A DNA stretch of 64,000 bases from Selenomonadaceae bacterium (GTDB taxonomy: Bacteria > Bacillota > Negativicutes > Selenomonadales > Selenomonadaceae), in assembly GCA_963678095.2 (NCBI GenBank), contig CAXXXP010000001.1:301525-365524 (forward strand), in the 5' to 3' direction. The notes beneath the pieces were generated by a model, which was not told the origin of the DNA, made no database searches, and saw only the letters and a list, made by a program, of their open reading frames with translations. Position numbers and translations under genes: made by a program. Of this stretch, positions 19,612 through 29,465 are shown piece after piece (positions within the stretch are counted from its first letter, which is position 1; the number at the start of each line of letters is the position of its first letter).

Positions 19612-21282
19612 ATGATGAATTATAAAAAATACAAAAAAGGCTATTTTATGCCGCCGGTCGTGGACATGAGCTGGACGAGGAAAGAGTATCCCGAACAAGC
19701 TCCGGTTTGGTGTAGCGTTGACCTGCGTGATGGCAACCAGTCCCTCATCATTCCGATGAGTCTTGAGGAAAAAATAGAATTCTTTAAAATGCTCGTGAAC
19801 ATCGGCTTTAAGGAAATAGAGGTCGGCTTTCCGGCGGCTTCGGAAACGGAATATGAATTTTTGCGCCGTCTCGTGGAAGAGGATCTGATACCGGAAGATG
19901 TCACGGTGCAGGTGCTGACGCAGGCCAGGGAACATATCATAAAAAAGACATTTGCGGCTCTTGAGGGGGTAAAGAAGGCGATTGTTCATGTCTATAACTC
20001 GACCTCGATCGCGCAACGAGAGCAGGTGTTCAGAAAATCAAAAGCGGAAATTAAGCAGATTGCCGTCGACGGGGCCAAACTCTTAAAAGAACTTACGGAA
20101 AAAGCCGGAGCGTCCTACCGCTTTGAGTATTCCCCCGAGAGTTTCACCGGCACCGAGGTGGAGTATGCGCTTGAAGTCTGCAATGCCGTCCTTGATGTCT
20201 GGCAGCCGACTGCGGGGCGCAAGGCAATTATCAACCTGCCGGTCACGGTGGAAATGTCGATGCCGCATGTCTATGCTGCCCAAATTGCTTATATGTCGCA
20301 GAATATGAAATACCGCGAAAATGTCGAGATTTCGCTCCATCCACATAATGACCGTGGCTGTGGGGTGGCTGATTCTGAAATGGGGCTGCTGGCCGGCGCT
20401 GACCGGATCGAGGGCACCTTATTTGGCAACGGTGAGCGCACCGGAAATGCTGATATTGTGACGATTGCCATGAATATGTTCTCTCTTGGCATCGATCCGA
20501 AACTCAATTTTGCCAATATGCCGGAAATTATTGAAATGTATGAACGCGTTACGCGGATGGCGGTTTATGACCGTCAGCCATATGCCGGGCAGCTTGTATT
20601 TGCCGCCTTCTCCGGGTCACATCAGGACGCAATTGCCAAGGGCATGAAATGGCGCGAGGAAAATGGAGAAGAACGTTGGACGGTGCCATATCTGCCGATA
20701 GATCCGCAGGATGTCGGCCGCGAATATGACGGTGATGTCATCCGCATCAACAGTCAGTCCGGCAAGGGCGGCGTTGCTTATATCATGGAACAAAAATACG
20801 GTCTTGATATGCCGAAAAAGATGCGCGAGGATTTTGGCTACTGCGTTAAAGGCGTGTCTGATCACAAGCACAAAGAAATTATGCCGGAAGAAATCTATCA
20901 AATTTTTCAAAGTGAATACGTCAACGTTGAAATGCCTATCCGGCTGATTGATTTCCTGCTGAAGAAGGAACCGGATGGCACCCGCACAGGAGATGTTCAT
21001 CTTGAAATCAATGGCCGGGAATGTGTTTTCAGTGGACGCGGTAATGGACGCCTCGATGCTGTCAGCAATGCAATCCAGACGAATCTGCAGATTGAATACA
21101 GCAATCTGACCTACAGTGAGCATGCGCTTGAAATCGGCTCTACGTCCCGGGCAATTGCGTATATTGGAATTACCGGCAAAGACGGCAGCATAAGCTGGGG
21201 GGCAGGGCTTGATACGGATATTATAACGGCTTCCGTCAAGGCATTGATCAGTGCGATTAACCGCATGAATGCTGGTCAATAA
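19612..21282 (+). CDS. leuA: 2-isopropylmalate synthase (long, LeuA type 2)
   Basis: WCSVDLRDGNQ, HPHNDRG and the C-terminal LeuA dimerisation/regulatory domain. Controlled by the Leu T-box. Confidence 0.9.
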   Translation: MMNYKKYKKGYFMPPVVDMSWTRKEYPEQAPVWCSVDLRDGNQSLIIPMSLEEKIEFFKMLVNIGFKEIEVGFPAASETEYEFLRRLVEEDLIPEDVTVQVLTQAREHIIKKTFAALEGVKKAIVHVYNSTSIAQREQVFRKSKAEIKQIAVDGAKLLKELTEKAGASYRFEYSPESFTGTEVEYALEVCNAVLDVWQPTAGRKAIINLPVTVEMSMPHVYAAQIAYMSQNMKYRENVEISLHPHNDRGCGVADSEMGLLAGADRIEGTLFGNGERTGNADIVTIAMNMFSLGIDPKLNFANMPEIIEMYERVTRMAVYDRQPYAGQLVFAAFSGSHQDAIAKGMKWREENGEERWTVPYLPIDPQDVGREYDGDVIRINSQSGKGGVAYIMEQKYGLDMPKKMREDFGYCVKGVSDHKHKEIMPEEIYQIFQSEYVNVEMPIRLIDFLLKKEPDGTRTGDVHLEINGRECVFSGRGNGRLDAVSNAIQTNLQIEYSNLTYSEHALEIGSTSRAIAYIGITGKDGSISWGAGLDTDIITASVKALISAINRMNAGQ

Positions 21283-21305
21283 AGGGTTTATGGCAGCCCC
21301 CTTCA

Positions 21306-21334
21306 TTGACAAAAACCGGGATTTGTGCTAAAAT
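21306..21334 (+). promoter_or_regulatory. near-consensus sigma-A promoter
   Basis: TTGACA, a 17-nt spacer, then TAAAAT. Confidence 0.5.
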
Positions 21335-21340
21335 AATAGA

Positions 21341-21495
21341 AAATTACGGTATGTCGTCAAGGGCAACAGTAGGATACGCGGTTTTATCTGAACTTAAAAA
21401 AGCAGCCTGCTTAGAGTCTTCTTATACGCATGATTGGCGATACAAAGAATGAATTTTAAAAAGCAGGTGGCGCGAAAGCGCTGTCTGCTTTTTTG
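21341..21495 (+). promoter_or_regulatory. candidate structured leader/attenuator (or sRNA) ending in an intrinsic terminator, upstream of cheY-cheX
   Basis: No ORF is present. The terminator aagcag..ggcgc-gaaa-gcgc..ctgctt plus T6 lies at 21458-21495. The upstream cctgctt (21404-21410) can alternatively pair with aagcagg (21461-21467). No other promoter is visible before the ATG at 21571. Confidence 0.3.
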
Positions 21496-21570
21496 TTTGG
21501 CCGGCCTACAGCTGATCTGATGAAATGCTGGAATCCGTCTGAGTTCAAAACAATTGGAGGAGTGGATTTT

Positions 21571-22431
21571 ATGGCTGTAAAGGTAATGATCGTTGATGAT
21601 TCACCGTTTTCCCGGACACTGATTGCAGAGACACTGGCTGAGGGTGGCTTTGAAATTGCTGGCGAGGCTGATTCTTTGGAAAGTGCATTAAAGACCTATG
21701 AAGAGGTTCAGCCGGACATTGTGACTATGGATATTGCAATGCCGGAGCACGACGGATTTGAGGTCAGCCGGGCCCTATTGCGCCATGATCCCAAGGCGAA
21801 GATCATCCTGTCGAGCTCGATGAAGGATGAAGAAACCGAGATGGAGGCCAAGCGTATTGGTGTTTCCGGCTATGTGCAAAAACCGCTCGAGGCAGAAACG
21901 TTGTTTGCCATTATCGAAAAGGTCCTGTCGCCGGACACCTTGTTTCAGGAACTGATGGACCGGGGGCTGGAGACCTTTAAGGAAGCACTGGCGCAGAATC
22001 TGACCCGGATGGCCAAGACACCCGTTGAGTTTATCGAAGATGCGGCTATTGAAGAGCCGTATCGTTCGAAAGGGGTGACGACGGTTATCGGCATCATCGG
22101 CCAGTATACCGGTACAATGATTATGGACTTGGCCTTTGAAGATGCGGAAAAAATTGCCGAGACGCTTTTGCGCCGGCCGGCAAAAGACAGGGAAGAAGTT
22201 CTGGCTATGGTGGCTGAGCTGGCAAATATCGTCGGCGGCATTGCCTGCTCAATGCTCAATAAACGGGAAAAATCGCTTGGCCTGCGCGTTTCGCCGCCAA
22301 GCATGTTTCATGGTAACTCAGCGGAGCTCGTGAGCCCGCGGGTTAAGATTCAAAAATCCCTGGCCCGGACACAATATGGTGAAATATTCCTGGGCATCGG
22401 ATTCAAAAAGGGGTCGACATTATGGATGTAA
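21571..22431 (+). CDS. CheY-like receiver fused to a CheX/CheC-family phosphatase domain
   Basis: N-terminal receiver (MIVDDS...TMDIAMP...K) and a C-terminal ELANIVGG...x22...SPP matching the CheC/CheX E-x2-N...P signature. Confidence 0.75.
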   Translation: MAVKVMIVDDSPFSRTLIAETLAEGGFEIAGEADSLESALKTYEEVQPDIVTMDIAMPEHDGFEVSRALLRHDPKAKIILSSSMKDEETEMEAKRIGVSGYVQKPLEAETLFAIIEKVLSPDTLFQELMDRGLETFKEALAQNLTRMAKTPVEFIEDAAIEEPYRSKGVTTVIGIIGQYTGTMIMDLAFEDAEKIAETLLRRPAKDREEVLAMVAELANIVGGIACSMLNKREKSLGLRVSPPSMFHGNSAELVSPRVKIQKSLARTQYGEIFLGIGFKKGSTLWM

Positions 22432-22883
22432 ATGCGATTAATCCCATTTTGGCTTCCTTTACGGAAGTCTTGCCACTGCTCGGTTTTTCCCAGGTGACGA
22501 AGAAAAAAGTGTCTTTGGCCGGATCGACCCTTGCCTATGACGGGATCTTGCTCAACGTGGCGGTGGTTGGTTCGATAAAAGGGGTGCTGCTGCTCGGCAT
22601 GAGTTTTGAGGATGCCAAGAAATTTGCCTCCAAGATGATGATGGGAATGGAAGTCCACGAACTTGATTCTTTGGCGCAAAGTGCTATTTCAGAGATGGCG
22701 AATATGGTGTGCGCTAATGCCTGTACGCAGTTCAGTAAGGCGGCTATCGGCGGGCTCGATATTTCGCCGCCGACTTTGATGATGGGGACGGGCGGGATGG
22801 CGACACTGCCGGTACCACAGGCAATTGTCATCGATTTTGACTGTGATGGCATCGCGGTCAAGCTGTACGTTGGCTTGGCCTGA
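22422..22883 (+). CDS. stand-alone CheX-like chemotaxis phosphatase
   Basis: 153 aa with SEMANMVCANA...ISPP (E-x2-N...P). Overlaps the preceding gene by 10 nt. Confidence 0.7.
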   Translation: MDVNAINPILASFTEVLPLLGFSQVTKKKVSLAGSTLAYDGILLNVAVVGSIKGVLLLGMSFEDAKKFASKMMMGMEVHELDSLAQSAISEMANMVCANACTQFSKAAIGGLDISPPTLMMGTGGMATLPVPQAIVIDFDCDGIAVKLYVGLA

Positions 22884-22894
22884 GACTGAAGCGA

Positions 22895-22932
22895 AAACAG
22901 CCCGGCCCTTTACTAAAGGGCCGGGCTGTTTT
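22895..22932 (+). terminator. intrinsic terminator
   Basis: The 17-bp stem aaacagcccggcccttt / aaagggccgggctgttt is followed by a T run. Confidence 0.8.
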
Positions 22933-23075
22933 GCGAAAAATAGGATAGTAGGTTACTCGCTGGCATCGTTTGGTGCGTGGTACGGGATGGATTTCACGAA
23001 GAACGGTACACTTTGTTTTGTTACAAAAATGATGAAAATTATTAAAAAAATATAAAAATATTACACTTTTAGCTA

Positions 23076-23104
23076 TTGACAAGAGACGAGCGGTATTATA
23101 TTAT
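23076..23104 (+). promoter_or_regulatory. sigma-A promoter of the trp leader
   Basis: TTGACA, a 17-nt spacer, then TATTAT. Confidence 0.55.
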
Positions 23105-23129
23105 AAGCGTATTGAAAGTTGAATTACAG

Positions 23130-23507
23130 AAATAAATCAACGACCGGGAAATAGTACATATGCAGCCTTTTGTTCAGCGAGCTGATGACCGAGAAATCGG
23201 AGGTGTGATGATCAGCCAAAAGAGCGTATCGAATGGTCCCGCGAGAGTCCACCGAAAGATTTCAAGTAGGCTGGAACGGTTGCCTCCGTTAGCGGGCTAG
23301 GATATCGGATGATTGTATTATCCCGTATCTGAAACGAGAAGTTGCTTATTTAGGGTGGCAGAGCGAAACCATTTCGTCCCTTGTGTGGATGAAGTGGATT
23401 TTTTTATGTTTAAATAAGCAGCTTGAATTAGGGTGGTACAGCGGAAAACCATTTCGCCCCTTAAATGCCTGACGTGCATTTAAGGGGCGAAATGGTTTAT
23501 TTTTTTA
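23130..23507 (+). promoter_or_regulatory. T-box leader, Trp specifier (UGG at 23234-23236), with two consecutive T-box/terminator modules
   Basis: Stem I elements (GGGAAATAGTA, AGCGAG, GGTGTGA) and an F-box CCGTTA. T-box 1 is TAGGGTGGCAGAGCG with terminator 23369-23406. T-box 2 is TTAGGGTGGTACAGCGG with a 24-bp terminator at 23446-23507. Confidence 0.8.
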
Positions 23508-23542
23508 CCGGAAATAAGATAAGAGGAAATGGAGTGAATCTC

Positions 23543-24568
23543 ATGTTAAAGGCATATTTGGACCAGGTGGTGGCAGGCAGTAATTTGTCGCAGACAGATG
23601 CGGCAGCAGCGATGCAGGTGATTCTTGACGGGCAGGCTACTGAGGCGCAAATTGGGGCTTTCCTGACAGCACTGAAGATAAAAGGGGAAAAAGTCGAGGA
23701 GATTGCCGGTTTTGCCCGGACTTTGATTGGCCAGGCAGATCGGGTCCGGCACAGCCGTCCGGTCATCTGCAACTGCGGCACCGGTGGTGATACCAAAAAT
23801 ACCTTTAATATTTCAACTGCAGTGGCTTTTGTACTTGCCGGAGCCGGCCTGCAGGTAGCCAAGCATGGCAATCGCAGTGTATCGAGTTCCTGTGGCAGTG
23901 CCGATGTTCTGGCGGCGCTTGGGGTCAATGTGGATCTGCCGGCAGAGCGGGTCAGTGAAGAAATTGAAACGGTCGGCATAGGATTTTTGTTTGCTCCGGC
24001 ACTGAATAAGGCAATGCGTTTTGTGGCCAAGCCACGAAAAGAGCTGGGATATCGCACGGTATTCAACCTGCTGGGACCGATTATAAATCCGGCCCGGCTT
24101 GACTATCAGCTTGTCGGTGTGTATGACGGGGCTTTGACAGAAAAGGTGGCAGCGGTGCTAAGTGAAGTCGGGGTCAGGCAGGCGATGGTTGTGCATAGCA
24201 ACGACGGCATGGATGAGATTTCAACGCAGGCGAAGACCAAGGTCAGCGAGCTTCGTGACGGTAACGTCAAATCCTATGAAATAGATCCGCAAGCCTACGG
24301 CTTTGCCGGCGGCACACTGGCTGATTATGCCGGTGGCACACCGGCAGAAAATGCGGGGATTTTGCGGGCGGTGCTCGCGGGCAAACAAGGGCCAAAACGC
24401 GATGTGGTGTTACTCAATGCGGCTGCCGGGCTCTATATCGCGGGGCGCGTTTCTTCTCTGGAAGCGGGACTCTTACTGGCGGCAGAGGTCATTGACAGTG
24501 GGCGGGCACAGCAAAAGCTTGACGAACTCATTGTTTTTAGCAACAGCAATTTGGCGGCTGCTTTATGA
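23543..24568 (+). CDS. trpD: anthranilate phosphoribosyltransferase
   Basis: GTGGD..NIST, KHGNRS motifs. The ATG at 23543 lies downstream of the leader terminator. Confidence 0.93.
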   Translation: MLKAYLDQVVAGSNLSQTDAAAAMQVILDGQATEAQIGAFLTALKIKGEKVEEIAGFARTLIGQADRVRHSRPVICNCGTGGDTKNTFNISTAVAFVLAGAGLQVAKHGNRSVSSSCGSADVLAALGVNVDLPAERVSEEIETVGIGFLFAPALNKAMRFVAKPRKELGYRTVFNLLGPIINPARLDYQLVGVYDGALTEKVAAVLSEVGVRQAMVVHSNDGMDEISTQAKTKVSELRDGNVKSYEIDPQAYGFAGGTLADYAGGTPAENAGILRAVLAGKQGPKRDVVLLNAAAGLYIAGRVSSLEAGLLLAAEVIDSGRAQQKLDELIVFSNSNLAAAL

Positions 24569-25200
24569 TTGTCAAGATTTGCGGCATAAAGACAGCGGCT
24601 GCAGCAAAAATGGCCAGCGAAGCCGGCGCGGATTTTATCGGGTTTGTTTTTGCACCATCGCGTCGGCGTATAGAGCCCGCGGCGGCGGCAAAAATCTGCC
24701 AGGGGGTGAACCGGGTAAAAAAAATAGGTGTTTTTGTTGATGAGGAGCCAGCCAAAGTCAATGCGATTGCTGCGGCCTGCGGACTTGACTTTGTGCAGCT
24801 GCATGGACATGAAACGGCCTGCTACCGCCAGCAGATTTCCTATCCTGTGATCAAGGCCTTCCGTGTGGGCGAGGATTTTCAGCCGCTAGCAGCCGAAAGC
24901 TATCCGGCCGAGATGATTCTACTTGATAGTTTCCTTCCCGGACAGGCCGGTGGTACGGGCAAGACCTTTTCCTGGGAGCAGGCGGCAGTGATGGTCCGTG
25001 CGCTGAAACGCCCGGTTATTCTTGCTGGGGGGCTGAACGCGGAAAACGTTTCGGCGGGGATGGAACTCTTTCACCCGTTTGGGGTTGATGTTTCCGGTGG
25101 GGTGGAAGAAAGCGGAGAAAAATCATGGATTAAAATAAAGCGGTTTATGGAAGCGGCCCGCAGGGCCGAGCGGAGGCTGGATGATGAAAAACATACTTAA
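24565..25200 (+). CDS. trpF: phosphoribosylanthranilate isomerase
   Basis: MIVKICGI start and a PRAI fold. The start overlaps the trpD stop. Confidence 0.9.
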   Translation: MIVKICGIKTAAAAKMASEAGADFIGFVFAPSRRRIEPAAAAKICQGVNRVKKIGVFVDEEPAKVNAIAAACGLDFVQLHGHETACYRQQISYPVIKAFRVGEDFQPLAAESYPAEMILLDSFLPGQAGGTGKTFSWEQAAVMVRALKRPVILAGGLNAENVSAGMELFHPFGVDVSGGVEESGEKSWIKIKRFMEAARRAERRLDDEKHT

Positions 25201-25960
25201 AGAAATTGTGCAGCGGAAAAAAGAGATCGTTGCCGAAGAAAAACGCCGGCAGCCCCTGTTGCAGATTAAGGCAGATATTCGACCCGGAGGATTTCGCATG
25301 GCGCGGCGGCTGCGGCCGCAGCCCTGGAGCCTGATTGCCGAATGCAAATTGCAGTCACCGGCCAAGGGACGCCTGTGCACAAGGCATACGGTGACAGAGC
25401 TGGCAAAGATTTATGCAGCCAATGGTGCAAGCGTACTTTCGGTGCATACCGATCCGCATTTTCTGGGGAAAAATGAGGATATTGCAGCGGTACGCGCGGC
25501 GGTTGATCTGCCGGTTTTACGCAAGGACTTTATCATAGATCCGTATCAGATCTATCAAGCCCGGGCACTTGGTGCCGATGCAGTGCTGCTCATAGCCCGG
25601 ATACTGGAACCATCGCAGCTGAAGGAATATTTGTATACAGCCTGGGAACTTGGGCTTGATGCGTTGATTGAGGTCCATGATGAACGTGATATCCTTGCTG
25701 CCGAGGCGACTCCGGCAGAATTTATCGGTATTAACAACCGTAATTTGCAGAATTTCAGCACGGATATACAGCATACCCTCGATCTTTTGCCTGGATGCAC
25801 GGGTGACAGGATTTTGATCAGCGAAAGCGGCATCCACTGCGCGGCAGATGTTGCACGCTTGCGGGCCGCCGGGGTGCGGGGAGCCCTGGTCGGGGAGGGA
25901 CTTGTCCGGGCGGCTTCTCCCGGGGAAAAGACAAAAGAATTAGCGCAGGCTCTTGCCTGA
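25181..25960 (+). CDS. trpC: indole-3-glycerol-phosphate synthase
   Basis: [15 protein letters not shown] and GINNRNL motifs. Confidence 0.9.
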   Translation: MMKNILKEIVQRKKEIVAEEKRRQPLLQIKADIRPGGFRMARRLRPQPWSLIAECKLQSPAKGRLCTRHTVTELAKIYAANGASVLSVHTDPHFLGKNEDIAAVRAAVDLPVLRKDFIIDPYQIYQARALGADAVLLIARILEPSQLKEYLYTAWELGLDALIEVHDERDILAAEATPAEFIGINNRNLQNFSTDIQHTLDLLPGCTGDRILISESGIHCAADVARLRAAGVRGALVGEGLVRAASPGEKTKELAQALA

Positions 25961-25992
25961 TACGGAGAAAATATGAGTTGGAGGAATTGGAA

Positions 25993-27183
25993 ATGACAGA
26001 AAACAAAGTGGGACGTTTTGGCGATTATGGCGGGCAGTATGTGCCGGAAACCGTTATGCCGGTATTACTGGAGCTTTGCGAAGCCTATGATAAATATAAG
26101 GAAGATCCGGGATTTCAGGCAGAGGTCAGCCGCTTTTTTACGCAATATGCCGGACGCCCGACGATGCTTTATTATGCGGAAAAACTGACCAAACACTATG
26201 GCAAGGCAAAGATTTATTTAAAGCGGGAAGATCTTTTGCACACCGGTGCGCATAAGATAAACAACGCCCTGGGACAAGCGATTTTGGCAAAATATATGGG
26301 GAAAAAGCGCATTGTGGCGGAAACTGGCGCCGGCCAGCATGGTGTGGCCTGCGCGACAGTCGCGGCGCTATTTGATATGGAGTGTCATATCTTTATGGGC
26401 GCTATGGACATGGAACGCCAAAAACTCAATGTATTTCGCATGAAAATGCTGGGAGCCAAGGTGATGCCGGTAACCAGTGGCACCGCAGCGCTGAAGGATG
26501 CGACCAGTGAGGCCATCCGCTATTGGGCGACAAATATTACGGATACCCATTATATTATCGGCACGGTAGCAGGCCCGCATCCTTATCCGACAATGGTTCG
26601 TGATTTTCAGGCGGTAATCGGCCGTGAGATCAGGGAGCAGAGTAAAAAAGTGACGGGTGGGCGCATCGATTATCTGGTGGCCTGTGTCGGCGGGGGCAGT
26701 AATGCGATGGGAACTTTTTACGATTTCCGGGGAGACAAGCAGATTCAAAAGATCGGTGTCGAGGCAGCCGGACGCGGAGAGGCAAATGGCGATCATGCAA
26801 AAACACTGACCCAGGGGAGCCCGGGCGTTTTGCATGGCGCCCGCAGTTATCTGCTGCAGGATGACGATGGGCAGGTAGTCGAAGCGTATTCGATTTCGGC
26901 CGGACTGGATTATCCGGGGGTCGGACCGGAGCATGCCTATTTCAAGGACAAGGGCATTGCCTGTTATGTGGCAGTGAATGATGAGGAGGCTCTGGCGGCC
27001 TTCCAGCGGCTCACGCGCATCGAGGGGATTATTCCGGCAATGGAAAGCTCGCATGCCATTGCCTACCTTGAAAAATTAATGCCGGAGACAAAGGCGGAGG
27101 AAGTTGTTATTGTCTGCCTTTCCGGACGTGGCGATAAGGATGTTCAGATGGTGGCAAAAAGACTGGGGGAGGAAATAGAATGA
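25993..27183 (+). CDS. trpB: tryptophan synthase beta chain
   Basis: [10 protein letters not shown] (PLP lysine) and GGGSNAMG. The ATG at 25993 follows the GAGGAA RBS. Confidence 0.95.
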   Translation: MTENKVGRFGDYGGQYVPETVMPVLLELCEAYDKYKEDPGFQAEVSRFFTQYAGRPTMLYYAEKLTKHYGKAKIYLKREDLLHTGAHKINNALGQAILAKYMGKKRIVAETGAGQHGVACATVAALFDMECHIFMGAMDMERQKLNVFRMKMLGAKVMPVTSGTAALKDATSEAIRYWATNITDTHYIIGTVAGPHPYPTMVRDFQAVIGREIREQSKKVTGGRIDYLVACVGGGSNAMGTFYDFRGDKQIQKIGVEAAGRGEANGDHAKTLTQGSPGVLHGARSYLLQDDDGQVVEAYSISAGLDYPGVGPEHAYFKDKGIACYVAVNDEEALAAFQRLTRIEGIIPAMESSHAIAYLEKLMPETKAEEVVIVCLSGRGDKDVQMVAKRLGEEIE

Positions 27184-27971
27184 CACGTTTAAGCGAAACA
27201 CTGGCAAAACTGAAAAAAGCCGGTAAAAAGGGATTGTTTATCTATATCATGGCCGGAGCACCGGATCTTGAGGCGACGATAGAGGCTGTACGGGCCGCTG
27301 AAAAAGCTGGCGCGAATGTCATTGAACTTGGCCTGCCGTTTTCCGATCCATTGGCGGATGGCCCGGTGATTCAGGCCGCCGGCGTAACGGCACTGAAAAA
27401 TGGCATGACAACTCACAAGGTCTTGCAGATTGTCAAGGAAATACGGCGTTTTTCCCAGATTCCGCTGCTTGGCATGGGTTATATCAACAACATGCTTCAT
27501 TACGGATTAGAGAAATTTGTTATTGATTTTAAGGCAGCCGGACTTGACGGCCTGATTATTCCTGATCTGCCACATGAGGAAGCTGCTGCAATGACGGCAA
27601 TATGCCGGGCGAATGATCTGCATTTGATCGAGTTTGTTACGCCAAACACGGTTCCGGCGCGAATTACACAGACGTGTTCAAGTGCTACGGGCTTTATTTA
27701 CTGCGTCTCGGTCAACGGCGTAACCGGTGTGCGGAAAATTGATTATTCGCCGATCAACGAAGTGGTGGCCCTGGTCCGCCAGCAGACGGATATTCCCCTG
27801 GCGGTGGGCTTTGGCATTGGCTCTCCGGCAGCGGCCTTGGAGGCTTCGCGTGAGGCTGATGCGGTTATCGTCGGCAGTGCAGTCGTGCGGCGGTTGATGG
27901 AAAATGATCTGCCGGGGGCGGCGCAGCTGATTGGCGATATTCGCCAGGCACTTGATGAAAGGGTGATTTAA
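27180..27971 (+). CDS. trpA: tryptophan synthase alpha chain
   Basis: [17 protein letters not shown] motif. The start overlaps the trpB stop. Confidence 0.93.
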   Translation: MTRLSETLAKLKKAGKKGLFIYIMAGAPDLEATIEAVRAAEKAGANVIELGLPFSDPLADGPVIQAAGVTALKNGMTTHKVLQIVKEIRRFSQIPLLGMGYINNMLHYGLEKFVIDFKAAGLDGLIIPDLPHEEAAAMTAICRANDLHLIEFVTPNTVPARITQTCSSATGFIYCVSVNGVTGVRKIDYSPINEVVALVRQQTDIPLAVGFGIGSPAAALEASREADAVIVGSAVVRRLMENDLPGAAQLIGDIRQALDERVI

Positions 27972-29465
27972 ATGCAGCTAAACCTGTCAAGTGAGGAATT
28001 TTGCAAGCTGGCACAGCGGCAAAATATCATTGCCCTCACGGCTGAAATCTCTACTGATATGGAAACTCCAGTGTCGGTGTATTACAAGCTTGTCGGCGAA
28101 GAGCAGGGCTTTATTCTGGAAAGTGCGGATGTCAACGAACGCTTTGGGCGCTTTTCCTTTATTGGCGCCGAGCCATTGGCGCAGCTTGCTGTTTTTAAGG
28201 ATCATACCAGGATTGTTTCAGCCGGCAGTACGGAGATTCTTGAAGGTGAACCCGTTGCAGTCTTAAAAGAATATCTGGGCCGCTTTGAAAGTGCTGCCCG
28301 AGAGGGAGCACTGCCGTTGTTAAACGGCGGGGCCGTGGGGTACTTTAACTATGAAGTGGTAACGACTTTTGATCGCATTCGCGGGCTGGCTGTCGCTGCC
28401 GATCAGCTGTTAGGACAGTTTATGATCTGCCGCGAGATGCTGGTGATGGATCATTTTAAGAACACCTCGAAGCTGGTTTATCTGGCTGAGGTGAAGCCAG
28501 GGCAGGAGGCGGCTGCTGTCTATATGACGGCGACTGCTAAACTGCAGGCAGCCCGGCAGCGGCTGAACCAACAGGTACAAAAAGCGCAGGTATTGCCTGG
28601 AGGCGGGCAGGAAAAACTAGATTTTTCTGCCCGGTATGGGAAGATGCGTCCGGAATTTTTGACGATGATCACAAAAGCCAAGGAACATATTGCGGCCGGA
28701 GATGCCTTTCAGATCGTATTATCCGAGCAGTTTGAAGCTCCGGTGACGCAGCCGCCGTTTCGTTTTTATCGCCGGCTGCGCCAGGTGAATCCGTCGGCGT
28801 ATATGTTCTATCTGAATTTTGGTGCGAAAAAGCTGATTGGGGCCTCCCCGGAAATGCTGGTAAAACTCGACGCAGACAAGGTGTATACGTATCCGATTGC
28901 CGGATCACGTCCGCGCGGGAAAACAGCAGCCGAGGATCAACAGCTGGCCGAAGATCTTTGCCAAGATGGCAAGGAATGCGCCGAACATGCGATGCTGGTG
29001 GATCTGAGCCGCAATGACCTGGGGCGGATCAGCTGCCCAGGATCGGTTATGGTCCATAAGCTGATGCAGGTGGAAAAATTTTCTCATATCATGCATATGG
29101 TATCGGAGGTCGGCGGGCGGGTTCGTCCGGATTACAGTGCCCTCGATGTGCTGAAAGCCTGTTTTCCTGCAGGGACTTTAAGCGGGGCTCCGAAAATCCG
29201 GGCCATGGAAATTATTGAAGCGCTTGAAGAAAAGAAACGGGAGGCTTACGGCGGGACTGTCGGCTATCTGGACTTTAACGGGAATATGGACATGTGCATT
29301 ACGATCCGGACGATCCGGATGGAAGATGGTCAGGCTGTTATTCGTGCCGGGGCCGGTATTGTAGCCGATTCAGTCGCTGACCGCGAATATCGGGAGATTT
29401 TGCAAAAGGCAGGAGCCCTGTTCCAGGTTGTCGAGGAGGTCGAAAACAATGATTTTATTGATTGA
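27972..29465 (+). CDS. trpE: anthranilate synthase component I
   Basis: Chorismate-binding domain, GTLSGAPK and GGTVGY motifs. Confidence 0.93.
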   Translation: MQLNLSSEEFCKLAQRQNIIALTAEISTDMETPVSVYYKLVGEEQGFILESADVNERFGRFSFIGAEPLAQLAVFKDHTRIVSAGSTEILEGEPVAVLKEYLGRFESAAREGALPLLNGGAVGYFNYEVVTTFDRIRGLAVAADQLLGQFMICREMLVMDHFKNTSKLVYLAEVKPGQEAAAVYMTATAKLQAARQRLNQQVQKAQVLPGGGQEKLDFSARYGKMRPEFLTMITKAKEHIAAGDAFQIVLSEQFEAPVTQPPFRFYRRLRQVNPSAYMFYLNFGAKKLIGASPEMLVKLDADKVYTYPIAGSRPRGKTAAEDQQLAEDLCQDGKECAEHAMLVDLSRNDLGRISCPGSVMVHKLMQVEKFSHIMHMVSEVGGRVRPDYSALDVLKACFPAGTLSGAPKIRAMEIIEALEEKKREAYGGTVGYLDFNGNMDMCITIRTIRMEDGQAVIRAGAGIVADSVADREYREILQKAGALFQVVEEVENNDFID

